Below, piece by piece: positions 29,623-39,792 of a stretch of 64,000 nt of DNA. How positions within the stretch are numbered: position 1 is the stretch's first letter; every line of letters starts with the position of its first letter. Origin of the DNA: an uncultured Acidobacteriaceae bacterium. GTDB lineage: Bacteria; Acidobacteriota; Terriglobia; Terriglobales; Acidobacteriaceae. Both the position numbers and the translations under genes were made by a program. The notes under the pieces are model-generated. The model worked only from the letters and a program-made list of their open reading frames with translations, ran no database searches and was not told where the DNA came from. The stretch lies in contig CAWFUK010000022.1 of NCBI GenBank assembly GCA_963818935.1, positions 30,012 through 94,011 on the forward strand. The letters are read 5' to 3'.

Positions 29623-30504
29623 ATGGATTACACCGGACTAGGGCAGAGACTAGTTGATCTCGATGGATCAACCAGCAACAACAATCCTGGCCCGCTTCGG
29701 ATGGTCATAAGAAAGTTCCCGAGGTATTCAAAGCAGTTAAATACCCTACCCATCGACGAGAACATTCGTCTGGCGGTCGTGGCAGATTTCATCGCGGCGA
29801 GTTACCAGCCCGGCTGCCTTCCGATCCTGGGAGTTCGCTTGATTGGACACGCCGACCAGGACATTCAGCGCGGACCGCAGTTTGAGCAGCAAATCAGCGA
29901 AGACAGGGCCCGGGTTGTAGAAGCCAGGCTGCGCGAAGATGTGGCCAAGCGAACCTGGACTTTTAACATCGTGGCAACTATGCCGAACCCCAATGTGCCC
30001 AGGCCGACGGCGATTCGCTGGGTCAGCACGGGAGTCGGCGCCACGCAACCCGACGAGGAGAATGTGCGCCGTCACAAAACGCCGGAAAACATGAGCGAGG
30101 AAGATCGCAAACTGAATCGTCGGGTGGAGATTATTCTTGAGCCGGGAATCACGCCGGTGCCGCAGGAAGATGCCGACCTCATCATCGCGAATGTATTATC
30201 CGACTGGGCAAAAGCAAATAGGCCCGCGATTCCTCCCATGGGACCTCCTACAAATCCTTCTGCGCCGAAGTGGATCTGGCACTTTCTGGCTCCGCCCAAA
30301 CCCGATGAGTGGGTGGCCCTAAAAAGCAAGATTAAAGATGCGCTGAAGAATGTCGACATCGAAACCGCAATTGAAACCATCAAAGACAGACTGATGCCCG
30401 ATGCCCCCTCGAAGGGATGGCAGGACGATCTCCGTTCGCTGGTCGACGAGCTCGAGAAAGCACGGGCAGATGGGCAAAAGGAATGGTGGAAGGATGACGA
30501 CTAG
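29623..30504 (+). CDS. OmpA-like (peptidoglycan-binding type) domain protein without a signal peptide
   Basis: LIGHADQD ... SEDRARVVEARL ... GVGATQP ... NRRVEIILEP. The ATG at 29623 is preceded by AAAGGGG. The C-terminal tail is helical and acidic. Confidence 0.55.
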   Translation: MDYTGLGQRLVDLDGSTSNNNPGPLRMVIRKFPRYSKQLNTLPIDENIRLAVVADFIAASYQPGCLPILGVRLIGHADQDIQRGPQFEQQISEDRARVVEARLREDVAKRTWTFNIVATMPNPNVPRPTAIRWVSTGVGATQPDEENVRRHKTPENMSEEDRKLNRRVEIILEPGITPVPQEDADLIIANVLSDWAKANRPAIPPMGPPTNPSAPKWIWHFLAPPKPDEWVALKSKIKDALKNVDIETAIETIKDRLMPDAPSKGWQDDLRSLVDELEKARADGQKEWWKDDD

Positions 30505-30637
30505 GGAATGAATCTTCGGTCCAAAGCCTGCAGCGCTGGACTGACGTAGTCAAGGGGTGAGCCGAAGCCAGGGTTCTGGGTCGGGAGCTGGAGCTCGCAC
30601 GGAGTTCTCTGTTTTCGCATGTTAAAATAGACCTTCC

Positions 30638-31891
30638 ATGGCCATTATCCCCCGCAGAAAAACCGTTACCGTCGTCGTTGGCGGAGTGCGCGTTGGCTCG
30701 GATGCACCAATCGTGGTGCAGTCGATGACCAATACCGATACCGCCGACATTCTCGGCACCGTGAAGCAGTGTGCTGATCTGGCTCGCGCCGGCTCCGAGT
30801 TTGTGCGGGTTACGGTGAATAACGAAGAGGCGGCCGCCGCCGTGCCGCGCATCGTCGATCTACTGGACCGGCAAGGCATCCGCGTGCCCATCATCGGCGA
30901 CTTCCACTACAACGGCCATGTGCTCCTCACCAAGTATCCCGAGTGCGCGCGCGATCTTGCCAAGTACCGCATCAATCCCGGCAACGCCAGCATCGGAAAG
31001 ACCGGCGACTCGAACTTCCGTACCATGATCGAAGTCGCGGTGAAGTATCAAAAGCCTGTGCGCATCGGCGTGAACTGGGGCTCGCTCGATCAGGCTCTGC
31101 TCACCAAGATGATGGACGAGAACTCGGCGCTCGCCGAGCCCAAAGACGCTCGCGACGTCACCATGGAAGCGATGGTGGTGAGCGCGCTGAACTCCGCCGA
31201 TCTGGCACAGAAGTTCGGTCTGCGTCCCGACCAGATTATTTTGAGCGCAAAAGTCAGCGGCGTGCAGGATCTGATCGACGTCTACCGCGCTCTCTCCGCG
31301 CGCTGCAATTATCCGCTGCACCTCGGACTCACCGAAGCCGGCATGGGAGCGAAAGGCGTGGTGGCCTCGAGCGCCGCCATGGGCGTCCTACTCCAAGAAG
31401 GCATCGGCGACACCATTCGCGTATCCCTGACTCCCGCTCCTGGTGGCGACCGCACCGAAGAAGTCCGCGTGGCGCAGCAGATTCTGCAATCCATGGGTAT
31501 TCGCAGCTTCACTCCGCAAGTCACTGCCTGCCCCGGCTGCGGACGCACCACCAGCACTTTCTTCCAGGAAATGGCCGAGCAGATTCAGACCTACCTGCGC
31601 GAGCAGATGCCCAACTGGAAAAACCGCTACGTCGGCGTGGAAGAAATGAAACTCGCCGTCATGGGCTGCGTGGTCAACGGCCCCGGAGAATCGAAGCACG
31701 CCAGCATCGGCATCTCCTTGCCGGGAACCTTTGAAGAACCCAAAGCTCCGGTCTACGTGGATGGACGCCTGTTCACCACGCTGAAGGGCGATCGCATCGT
31801 CGCGGAATTCATCCAGATCCTGGATGAATACGTCGACTCGCACTACGCAGCGAAGGATATTCAAAAGGAAGAAGTAGCTGCCAGAAATTAG
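30638..31891 (+). CDS. ispG: 4-hydroxy-3-methylbut-2-en-1-yl diphosphate synthase
   Basis: [28 protein letters not shown], and ACPGCGRT with GCVVNGPGE as the Fe-S ligands. Confidence 0.93.
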   Translation: MAIIPRRKTVTVVVGGVRVGSDAPIVVQSMTNTDTADILGTVKQCADLARAGSEFVRVTVNNEEAAAAVPRIVDLLDRQGIRVPIIGDFHYNGHVLLTKYPECARDLAKYRINPGNASIGKTGDSNFRTMIEVAVKYQKPVRIGVNWGSLDQALLTKMMDENSALAEPKDARDVTMEAMVVSALNSADLAQKFGLRPDQIILSAKVSGVQDLIDVYRALSARCNYPLHLGLTEAGMGAKGVVASSAAMGVLLQEGIGDTIRVSLTPAPGGDRTEEVRVAQQILQSMGIRSFTPQVTACPGCGRTTSTFFQEMAEQIQTYLREQMPNWKNRYVGVEEMKLAVMGCVVNGPGESKHASIGISLPGTFEEPKAPVYVDGRLFTTLKGDRIVAEFIQILDEYVDSHYAAKDIQKEEVAARN

Positions 31892-31912
31892 CTGAGATCG
31901 CACCTCAGCCGT

Positions 31913-31986
31913 CGGACCTCAGAAAATCCCATTCGATAACTACAAAGTCGCGAGTCCGACGCCCGAGGTCTGAGGTCCGCTTTTTT
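31913..31986 (+). terminator. Long hairpin plus T6 tract between ispG and the convergent propeller gene
   Basis: CGGACCTCAG (31913-31922) pairs with CTGAGGTCCG (31970-31979) and is followed by CTTTTTT. The loop contains a copy of the GCCCGAGGTC short repeat. Confidence 0.45.
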
Positions 31987-33934
31987 ACTGCCCCGTCAGC
32001 AAGAACAGCGGATTCTGATTTGGCGGCTCGCCATTCGCCTGGATCGTGCCATTGCTGAAGGGCGCAGGCAAGTCTGTGATCAGGGTATTAACCGGCGTGT
32101 CGCTGCCCGTGGCTCCATTCGGATTGTTATCCGTGGTATTAATTGCGGCAATGATTCCGGCATCGCAGGAACCTACGTAGACAGAACTGCTGTCCGCAGC
32201 CGTCGCGGTGAAAACGCGGAAGCGCGTGGTCGTCGGCGAATACAAAGCGGTAAGAGACGCTGGAACACAACTGGCAACCGGTGCCACGGCAAATTGATTC
32301 GTGGCAAATGGTCCCGGCGTCGCGCCCGCCGGAGCCCAGGTCAGCAGCGTCATGGCAGACGTCGTTGCCGTCAGACTGGTGGCGTCGAAGGCAACCAGTT
32401 CCGGGATTACGCACGCCCCCGACACATTCGGATCAGGGCACGGCGCCGGCGCCGTCTGGTAGCTGGCAACGTAAAAACCAACACCGTTGGGCGAAGCTGT
32501 CACCGACACCGGAACCGGAGCGCTACAAGTGGAGCAGGAAAACGTGCCTGTCGCTGGCAGTCCAGGAATCGCAAGACCTCCCGGGGTCAGCGGGCTTGGC
32601 GTGTCGTTGGGCCCGCCAGTGTCGGAAAAGACGTACACCAACCCCGTGGCAGGATTGGTCACATAAAGCCGGTTCAGGTGCGAATCGTACAAGATGAAGT
32701 TCGCCCCCGCGCCCACACAAAGAGCCGGAGTCGCGGTGCAGTCCGGAGTCGTGGCCGTATCGGTTGCCGTGTCGATCGTGATCAGCTTCCCATCGCCTTC
32801 GGTGACCACATAAACTTTCTGGCTGTCCCCGCGAGCGACCATCCACACGGGATTCACCCCGGAAAAACCAATCACCGTATTCGACGACAGATCGGTCACG
32901 TTCAAACTGCTGATAGATCCGCTGACCGCCGCGTTGCCTTGGTTGGCAACGTAGAGCTTGGGCGCGCCATTATTCGCAACCCCCGGAGTCTCCGCCAAAC
33001 TCACTGGATTCATTCCCACGGTGGCGCTATTGCTCACGATATTCGATGTCGTGTTAATCTCCGCCACCGAATTGGAGTTGTAATTCGCCACGTACATGGC
33101 AGTGGTCTGCGTGCTGTTCAAAAACACCGGCTGGGGCGGAACCGACGCCGTCCCCACCGAAGCGGCGGCCAGCCCGGTATACGCGCTCGTAAACGTGATG
33201 GTTGTTCCGCCGTTCAATATTGCGCTTGGTGTGTATGTGCCGTTATAAAGCAGCGGGTTACAAGGCGAGCTGCATCCAGGGATGATTACACCTGCAATCA
33301 CAATCACCGTTCCCGTGGCAACAGGACCTGAACCGCTATTTGATGGATTGGCCAGCAACGGGGTCGCAAGGGTTGCCGTCACCACATTGCCGCTCTCGCT
33401 GATCGAGGTGATATTGACCGTCTGACTGGGCAAGGCGATCGTGCTCACCGGGCCGAACGTGCTCCCCGTACTGGATTGGAAAACCGGGCTGAAGCTCGCA
33501 ACTACATCCAGTCCGCCCGAAAACGCGCTGCTGGCGCTGGCAATAAACAATCTGCCGTTGTTCGGCAAGAGCGCCATATGGGTTGGATTCAGTCCAGTGT
33601 TGGGTTGGCCCGTGGAGGTCAGTGAGGTCTCGGCAATGATCGTGTATCCGGAAACGTCAATCTGCATCGCTCCGCCGGGATAGCCCGCGGCTGTGGAGCT
33701 AATGCCATTGGGCACGTTGTTGCTGAGGCCAAAGACCGCGTGGAAATTAGCCGGAGTGGGAGACGTTACCACCGGGCACCCCGGAACGCCGCCGCCCGCC
33801 GAACACGGTATCACCACCGGGCGATAGATCTGTCCGCAAGCCGCCCACAGCAGCATCGCCAACACCACGGTCCCCAACTGAATGCAACTACGAACACTCA
33901 TCGGCACCCCAAACCTAAGCTTTGGATCGTTCAT
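31985..33934 (-). CDS. Secreted YVTN-type beta-propeller repeat protein
   Basis: Signal/TM segment at the N-terminus, with repeated blades MYVANYNSNSVAEIN, LYVANQGNAAVSGSISSLNV, VYVVTEGDGKLITID and LYVTNPATGLVYVF. Confidence 0.65.
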   Translation of the reverse strand: MNDPKLRFGVPMSVRSCIQLGTVVLAMLLWAACGQIYRPVVIPCSAGGGVPGCPVVTSPTPANFHAVFGLSNNVPNGISSTAAGYPGGAMQIDVSGYTIIAETSLTSTGQPNTGLNPTHMALLPNNGRLFIASASSAFSGGLDVVASFSPVFQSSTGSTFGPVSTIALPSQTVNITSISESGNVVTATLATPLLANPSNSGSGPVATGTVIVIAGVIIPGCSSPCNPLLYNGTYTPSAILNGGTTITFTSAYTGLAAASVGTASVPPQPVFLNSTQTTAMYVANYNSNSVAEINTTSNIVSNSATVGMNPVSLAETPGVANNGAPKLYVANQGNAAVSGSISSLNVTDLSSNTVIGFSGVNPVWMVARGDSQKVYVVTEGDGKLITIDTATDTATTPDCTATPALCVGAGANFILYDSHLNRLYVTNPATGLVYVFSDTGGPNDTPSPLTPGGLAIPGLPATGTFSCSTCSAPVPVSVTASPNGVGFYVASYQTAPAPCPDPNVSGACVIPELVAFDATSLTATTSAMTLLTWAPAGATPGPFATNQFAVAPVASCVPASLTALYSPTTTRFRVFTATAADSSSVYVGSCDAGIIAAINTTDNNPNGATGSDTPVNTLITDLPAPFSNGTIQANGEPPNQNPLFLLTGQ

Positions 33935-34206
33935 TCTGATTGGATCTGCAAGGAATTCAATATTCTAGCGGCTGGCCAGCATCTGCGCCAGTGGGCAGTC
34001 AGAGTTCAGGCGTTAGACCTCGGCCCTCTGACCTCGAAGCAAGTACAGTGTTGTGATGCAGGGTGATCAGGGCAAGTTGGATTGCCACGCCCCGAGCGCG
34101 ACGACAACTGGTGCGTAGATGGTTCATCAGACCGACACAGTTGCCAAGGTTGAAAGATTGAAAGGTCGAAGGATCGACAGTCAGAAGCCCGAGGTCCGAA
34201 ACCGCC

Positions 34207-35049
34207 TTACCTGCGCCGCGTCTTCCCTCCCGCCGCCGCCGCCGGAGCCTCCGACTTCGCCGCAGCCGCGGGTTTTTTCTTCCCTTCCATCTGCGCCAGG
34301 CTTTGTTTGAGCGCGGCCATCAGATCGACCACAGGGGCAAGCTTCTTCGGCTTTTCCACCGCCGCCACTTCCCCGCCCTCAAGCTTGGCCTCGATCAGCT
34401 TCTTCAGATTTTCCTGGAAGGTGTCTTTGTACTTTTCCGGATCCCACTCGTCCGCCAGCGCTTCGATGAGTTGGTGCGCCACCTTCACCTCAGCTTCTTT
34501 CAACTCCACATCAGGCGCGCCAAACCCTTCGACCTTCTTCACTTCCTCCGCGTAGTACATCGTGTGCAGCATCAACCCGCCCTCGGACGGGCGCAAGAAA
34601 CAGGTGTACTCGCGATTGTGCATCGTGATCTTGGCGATGGCCACGTACTCGCTCTCTTCCAGCGCTTTGGTCAGCAGCGCATACGGACGCCGTCCCGCCT
34701 CCTCCGGCAGCATGTAATACGACGATTCGAAATAGACGGGATCGACGTCTGCAGCCTTGACGAACTCCAAGATCTCCATGGTCTTGGCGGTTTGCGGCTC
34801 GATCTTCTTGATCTCCTCCGGCTCGATGACGATGTATTCGTCCTTGCGAAATTCGTAGCCCTTCACGATCTCGCTGCGATCGACTACCACGTTTTCCGCC
34901 GGGCAAATATATTGCTGCTTCACCCGCACCTTATCCGGACGATGCAGCATGTTGAAAGAAATGCCCGAACTGCGCGCCCCCGAAAACAAGCGCACCGGCA
35001 TGGAAATCAAACCGAAAGTTAAATGTCCCGACCAAACCGAAGATGCCAT
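34207..35049 (-). CDS. ku: Non-homologous end-joining protein Ku
   Basis: WSGHLTFGLISMPVRLFSGA, the Ku core and a basic C-terminal tail. Confidence 0.9.
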   Translation of the reverse strand: MASSVWSGHLTFGLISMPVRLFSGARSSGISFNMLHRPDKVRVKQQYICPAENVVVDRSEIVKGYEFRKDEYIVIEPEEIKKIEPQTAKTMEILEFVKAADVDPVYFESSYYMLPEEAGRRPYALLTKALEESEYVAIAKITMHNREYTCFLRPSEGGLMLHTMYYAEEVKKVEGFGAPDVELKEAEVKVAHQLIEALADEWDPEKYKDTFQENLKKLIEAKLEGGEVAAVEKPKKLAPVVDLMAALKQSLAQMEGKKKPAAAAKSEAPAAAAGGKTRRR

Positions 35050-35358
35050 AGTTCCCCTCGCTTGCGTTCACTGCACAAAAGTCCTGTCATCCCGACCGCA
35101 GCTTTCCGTTCCGAAGGAATGGAAGGCAGAGTGGAGGGACCTGCTATTTTTGGCGGGCGAATCGATCCTAAGCCCGCCTAAACTCCCCAGATTTGGGAGT
35201 TTAGCCCAAAATCGATCATTGGATGCACAAATCTCGCGTCAGGGTGTACCGAAGTGCGAAGCTAGAGGGAATGGGGTTAATCGCAGTCCAGCACTATTAG
35301 TGGTAGTTAGCAGAAGGATTCCAGACAACCCGCGCGGCCCGGGTTCACTGGCCAAGCA

Positions 35359-37920
35359 TCACTGCGGCGCAGGCTGCGTACTCTGCGCCGGCTTCGGCGG
35401 CGGAGGATTCGACGACTTGTCGTCCTTGAAGATTCCAGCGATCTTGCCGAAAAAGCTTTTCTTCTTCTGCGCGTCGGCGTCCTGCTGATCTTGGGCGTTG
35501 GGCGAGTTTGGTGGCGGCAAAGCCTTCTCTCCACCCCCGCCGAAGACGCGCTGGAAGAATCCCGCCACTCCGCTCTGCTGGTCGCAGGTCTCGCGCGGCT
35601 CCGTGCCCACGACGAACGAAACCGTGTAATCGTCGGGACAAGCCGCCGTTGCCAGCCGGTTTGTGACCTTATCCAGTTGCACATCGATCACCCCGCTGGG
35701 CTGCGAAAAATTCTTCATGTCAGAATACTGCGGCAGTTCGGCGGCTTTCTTCATGAACTCGGTCCAGATAGGCGCGGCCGTCATCGCGCCGCTCAAGCGC
35801 AGATCGCTGTAATCGTCATAACCCACCCAGACGATGCACAACAAGTTTGAGGTGTAGCCGGCGAACCAGCCATCGTGCGAGCTACCGGTTTTGCCGGCGG
35901 CCGGCTCCATAAACCCTCGCAGTCGAACCGCTGTGTAACCAAGGCCATTGTTGATTACGCCTTCCATCATGGTCGTCATGACGTACGCGATGCGCGGATC
36001 GAGCACCTGCCGCTGATCGGTCTTGTAATTCGAAATCACGTCTCCCTTGGCGTTGCGCACCGAGTTCACCAGGATCGGCGAAATCCGCTGTCCGTTATTA
36101 GAAAACGACGTGTAGGCGCCCGCCATATCCAGAGGCGTGGCATCGTACGAGCCTAAGGCCATTGCCGGCGTCGCCTTCACCGATGCAATTCCCGCCGACT
36201 TCGCCAGCTCCGCGACCTTGTCGTAACCCACTTCCTCCGCCACTTTCACCGTGGCGTTGTTCAACGACATTGCCAGGGCGTACCGCAGCGTCACATCGCC
36301 GTGATATTCCTCTTTGTAGTTGCGTGGCTCGTAAATCTGGTCGCCGTAGGCGAAGCTGGTCGGCGCATCTGTAACCGTCGAAGCCGGCGTGATCACGGTT
36401 GGCGAACCGTCGATCGCAGTATTCATGGCAGCGGCATAAACGAACGGCTTAAAAATCGATCCCGTGGGACGCTTCGACAATGCATGATTCAATTGGCTGA
36501 AGCCATAATCGCGTCCGCCCACTAAAGCCAGCACCGCGCCCGTATGCGGATCGAGCACCACCATCGCCACCTGCGCTTGCGGCCCGGGCAGAACCTTGGT
36601 TTCGAGCTTCTTGCCGACCTTCACCTTCTTGGTGCGCATCCTGGTGACTTGCTCATCCACCAGCTTGATGCCGCTCTCGACCGCCTGCGCCGCCGCTTTC
36701 TGCAGATCAGGATCGAGCGTGGTGTAAATCCGGTAGGACTGATCATTCAAATCATGCTCGTTGAATTTATTGATCAGTGTGTCGCGCACCATGTCGACGA
36801 AGTAAGGAGCGTCGCTGGCCTCAACATTCGGCGGGGCCAGCGTGAGCGGCGTGGCTTTCGCCTTTTCCGCCTGTTCCCGCGTAATGGCGTGGGTGTCGAC
36901 CATCGAATCCAAAACCAGATTCCGGCGTTCCGTCGCTCGCTCTTTATGGCGATAGGGTGACAACCGGCTCGGCCCCTGGATAATGCCCGCCAGCAACGCC
37001 GCCTCAGGCAACGTGATGTCCTTCAAATCTTTATTGAAGTAGGCGCGGGAGGCTTCCGCAAAGCCGTTTATAGAGAACGATCCACGCTGGCCCAGGTTCA
37101 CCCAGTTGGCGTAAAACTCGAAAATCTGTTGCTTGCTGAATTTCTGCTCGAGCTCCTCCGCGATCAGCATCTCAGTCAACTTGCGGCGCACGGTTTTTTC
37201 CGGCGTCAGAAAAAATCCGCGAGAGAGCTGCATGGTGATCGTCGAACCGCCCTGTTCATGCTTTTGCCGGGTCAGATCGATCCATCCCGCTTCGAACATG
37301 CGGACGAAATTGACGCCGCCGTGCTCGAAGAATCGCCGGTCTTCAATGGCCAGCACCGCATCGACCATGACCTTGGGAATGTCGTTGTACTTCACCACCT
37401 GCCGCTTGGAGCGCTGTTCCGCGTCAAACAAGGCGGTTACCAGCTCAGGCTCCAGTTCGTACGCCGAAAGATCGTTGCCTTTGCTGCTGATGCGGTCAAC
37501 CTTTCCGCCCTCAATCACAATATGCGCCGGTTCCGGGCTGTGATAGCTCTCGGGTCCGGGAGCGATCTCGATGCCATCGCGCAGCAGGTGAAACGTGCCC
37601 ATCGGCGCCTGCTCGTCCTTATCGGAGTAACCGGCACGGGTGAGGAAAGCGGCGATCTCTTTCGCATTAATCTTGTCGCCATCATGCACCGTGCGCGGCA
37701 GCGCATAAATCTTGGCGGAATTGCTGAAGATCGGAGAGCGGAAGCGTTGCTCAATAATGCGGTCGTATTTGACGTAGAAATAGCAGAAGAATCCGCCCAG
37801 CCCGGCCGCCAGCACCAGAAACACAATCAGCGCAGCGCGAATCACCGGATCGCGCGGCAGCCCGCGCCACTTCTTCCCGCCCTTGTCTTCTTTTTTAGGA
37901 ATCCTGATTTTAATGGCCAC
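35359..37920 (-). CDS. Class A penicillin-binding protein (PBP1A family, transglycosylase/transpeptidase)
   Basis: GT51 motifs EDRRFFEHGG and GGSTITMQL. Transpeptidase motifs are TGSIFKPF (SxxK), SLNN (SxN) and KTGS (KTG). The C-terminal tail is low-complexity. Confidence 0.92.
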   Translation of the reverse strand: MAIKIRIPKKEDKGGKKWRGLPRDPVIRAALIVFLVLAAGLGGFFCYFYVKYDRIIEQRFRSPIFSNSAKIYALPRTVHDGDKINAKEIAAFLTRAGYSDKDEQAPMGTFHLLRDGIEIAPGPESYHSPEPAHIVIEGGKVDRISSKGNDLSAYELEPELVTALFDAEQRSKRQVVKYNDIPKVMVDAVLAIEDRRFFEHGGVNFVRMFEAGWIDLTRQKHEQGGSTITMQLSRGFFLTPEKTVRRKLTEMLIAEELEQKFSKQQIFEFYANWVNLGQRGSFSINGFAEASRAYFNKDLKDITLPEAALLAGIIQGPSRLSPYRHKERATERRNLVLDSMVDTHAITREQAEKAKATPLTLAPPNVEASDAPYFVDMVRDTLINKFNEHDLNDQSYRIYTTLDPDLQKAAAQAVESGIKLVDEQVTRMRTKKVKVGKKLETKVLPGPQAQVAMVVLDPHTGAVLALVGGRDYGFSQLNHALSKRPTGSIFKPFVYAAAMNTAIDGSPTVITPASTVTDAPTSFAYGDQIYEPRNYKEEYHGDVTLRYALAMSLNNATVKVAEEVGYDKVAELAKSAGIASVKATPAMALGSYDATPLDMAGAYTSFSNNGQRISPILVNSVRNAKGDVISNYKTDQRQVLDPRIAYVMTTMMEGVINNGLGYTAVRLRGFMEPAAGKTGSSHDGWFAGYTSNLLCIVWVGYDDYSDLRLSGAMTAAPIWTEFMKKAAELPQYSDMKNFSQPSGVIDVQLDKVTNRLATAACPDDYTVSFVVGTEPRETCDQQSGVAGFFQRVFGGGGEKALPPPNSPNAQDQQDADAQKKKSFFGKIAGIFKDDKSSNPPPPKPAQSTQPAPQ

Positions 37921-38115
37921 GATTCAACCCGGCGCCCATCAACAAAACGTCCCTCTTCTAAACCTACTTCAGATCAGACGATGGCGCGCAGCCAAAGGTT
38001 TGATGACGACTGCGATTCCTTTGGCCGGCTGTTCGCCCTACTACAGCCTTAGATTTCAGGGAGGCGATACATCATTGTACCGCCTGAGCCCGAACTTGAC
38101 TGCATCCGTCGCGTT

Positions 38116-38151
38116 TCTAAAAACAAAAAGAGACCCGCAATCTATGCGGGC
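38116..38151 (-). terminator. Intrinsic terminator of the lactonase-type propeller gene
   Basis: On the minus strand, CCCGCA-tagat-TGCGGG followed by TCTCTTTTTGTTTTT. Confidence 0.7.
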
Positions 38152-38220
38152 CTCCGATGCCGTAAGTGAGAACCCAGTCAATCGTGAAACCAGTATGCCT
38201 GCTGTGTCGTTTCCCTTTTT

Positions 38221-39507
38221 CTACGGTTCGTCCGTCGCCACCCAGTAGCCGCCATAAGTCAACGTGCCGCCAATTTCAACCGCGGCGTCACTTTCCAATT
38301 GGAAGCCAGTGACGTTGTACACGGTTGTGGTGCCGTCAAAAAGGCCGCCATAGGCAAACAGGAGGTCACCACTTTGATCGAACTCTCCCGCGTAGCCAAC
38401 CTCGTCGTTCAAGAACGGAGAACCGTTAACCGCAGTAATCGTTCCGCTGGAACTCAGTTCAAAACCCTCCGGTGGATTGAATCCAGTTCCCAGATCGTTT
38501 AGGCCGAAGGTGTAGATCAGGTTACCGCCCGAGTTCTGCTGCACTGCAATGTTCATGGGCGAATACGTGGTAAGGAACGGTGAATTAGTGACCGGCGTGA
38601 TTGCGCCCGCCGATGCACCCGATTGCGTAATGCTGAACACGTAGAGATTCTTGTCGTCCACCCCATTCAGCGAGAGGCTCGAACCGGTCGTGCCGATCAG
38701 GAATTGTCCTGTGGGCTCTCCCGCCACCTGCCACATGGGAAAACTAAACGGACTGCCCGTGACCGCGGTGAGCACGCCAAGGTTGCTCCCGGTCCCGATA
38801 CTGTAAGCACCCACTACGGAACCAGTGTGGCTTGCAGTGGTCGAGGTGATGTACAGATAATTTCCCAGGCCGTCCGTGGTTATATTTCCCGGCGAGAACG
38901 GCACAGAAAAAGGAGAGCCAGTAACCGCCGTCAACGCGCCGCCGCTACCAATCTGGTAAACGAAGACCTCATTCAAAGTTCCATCCGCGATGAACAGGAG
39001 CGTGCCCCCCGGGTTGGTGGCGAGCCGGTTGGTGTCAAACTCAGACGAGGTTGTATTCGCGACCGCCACGGGAAATGGGCTGTTGGTCACGGCCGTAAGC
39101 GTCCCCCCATCTCCAATTGTGTAGGCGTAGATCTGGTCCGTCGAACCAAACGCCGCGTACAGGTATTGTTTCTGAGCGACTGTCATGCCCAACCCTGTAT
39201 CGAAACTGGGAGTCGCCGGGGGCACGTAGCCGTTCGTAACCTGAATCGATCCTTTGGCGGTATCGAGGGTGTAGCCCATCATCTCGCCGGGAGAAGCCGT
39301 CCCGTCGAGCACAAACACAAATGCAGAACTGGGTTCGGTGCCACCGCCTCCACCGCCTCCGCCAAAGTTCCCGCTGCCGTTGCCAGTGCTCGCAGAAGTG
39401 CATGGCAAAGAGCCGAAGCCGCCGCACGAGTAACTATTGCAATTCACTAACAACATAGTTGCCAGTGCCACCAGCACACCGAGTACGATTCGACTCAGGA
39501 TCTTCAT
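38221..39507 (-). CDS. Secreted lactonase-family 7-bladed beta-propeller protein
   Basis: ATG 39507 is preceded by GGAGG and followed by a signal peptide (MKILSRIVLGVLVALATMLLV). The repeated blade motif G(G/A)LTAVTGSPF occurs 5 times. Confidence 0.6.
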   Translation of the reverse strand: MKILSRIVLGVLVALATMLLVNCNSYSCGGFGSLPCTSASTGNGSGNFGGGGGGGGTEPSSAFVFVLDGTASPGEMMGYTLDTAKGSIQVTNGYVPPATPSFDTGLGMTVAQKQYLYAAFGSTDQIYAYTIGDGGTLTAVTNSPFPVAVANTTSSEFDTNRLATNPGGTLLFIADGTLNEVFVYQIGSGGALTAVTGSPFSVPFSPGNITTDGLGNYLYITSTTASHTGSVVGAYSIGTGSNLGVLTAVTGSPFSFPMWQVAGEPTGQFLIGTTGSSLSLNGVDDKNLYVFSITQSGASAGAITPVTNSPFLTTYSPMNIAVQQNSGGNLIYTFGLNDLGTGFNPPEGFELSSSGTITAVNGSPFLNDEVGYAGEFDQSGDLLFAYGGLFDGTTTVYNVTGFQLESDAAVEIGGTLTYGGYWVATDEP

Positions 39508-39792
39508 GAACTGCCTCCAACTCACTGCCTGCGGACGGGCGAACGCGGAAAGAACTGCGTAATCCATTTGGATAGTAGGTGGAGGGTAACGTGATGGCAA
39601 CGTTACGAATGTCACTGGCGTCGACAGAACAAAGACGGCTGGCGCTCTAAGAAAATGTGAAATCCGGACAGTGGCCGAAAGTGGAGTCCGATTTCGGAAA
39701 GACATATACCCGCGCGAATTTGGGAAAGCCGCGACATTCACAGGTTATGAAAACGCCCTGCCATGGAAGAAACCGGGAGGGCAAGAGAATTA

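Noticed and set aside
35085-35165. Segment TGTCATCCCGACCGCAG...GGCAGAGTGGAGGGACCTGCTATTTTTGG, which resembles intergenic repeats I associate with acidobacterial genomes.
   Set aside because: Only one copy is present in this window, and my recollection of the family is not precise enough. It is not reported as a repeat.
39508-39741. N-terminal extension of the lactonase-type propeller ORF.
   Set aside because: The extension has no sensible composition. The ATG at 39507 has a GGAGG SD and a signal peptide.
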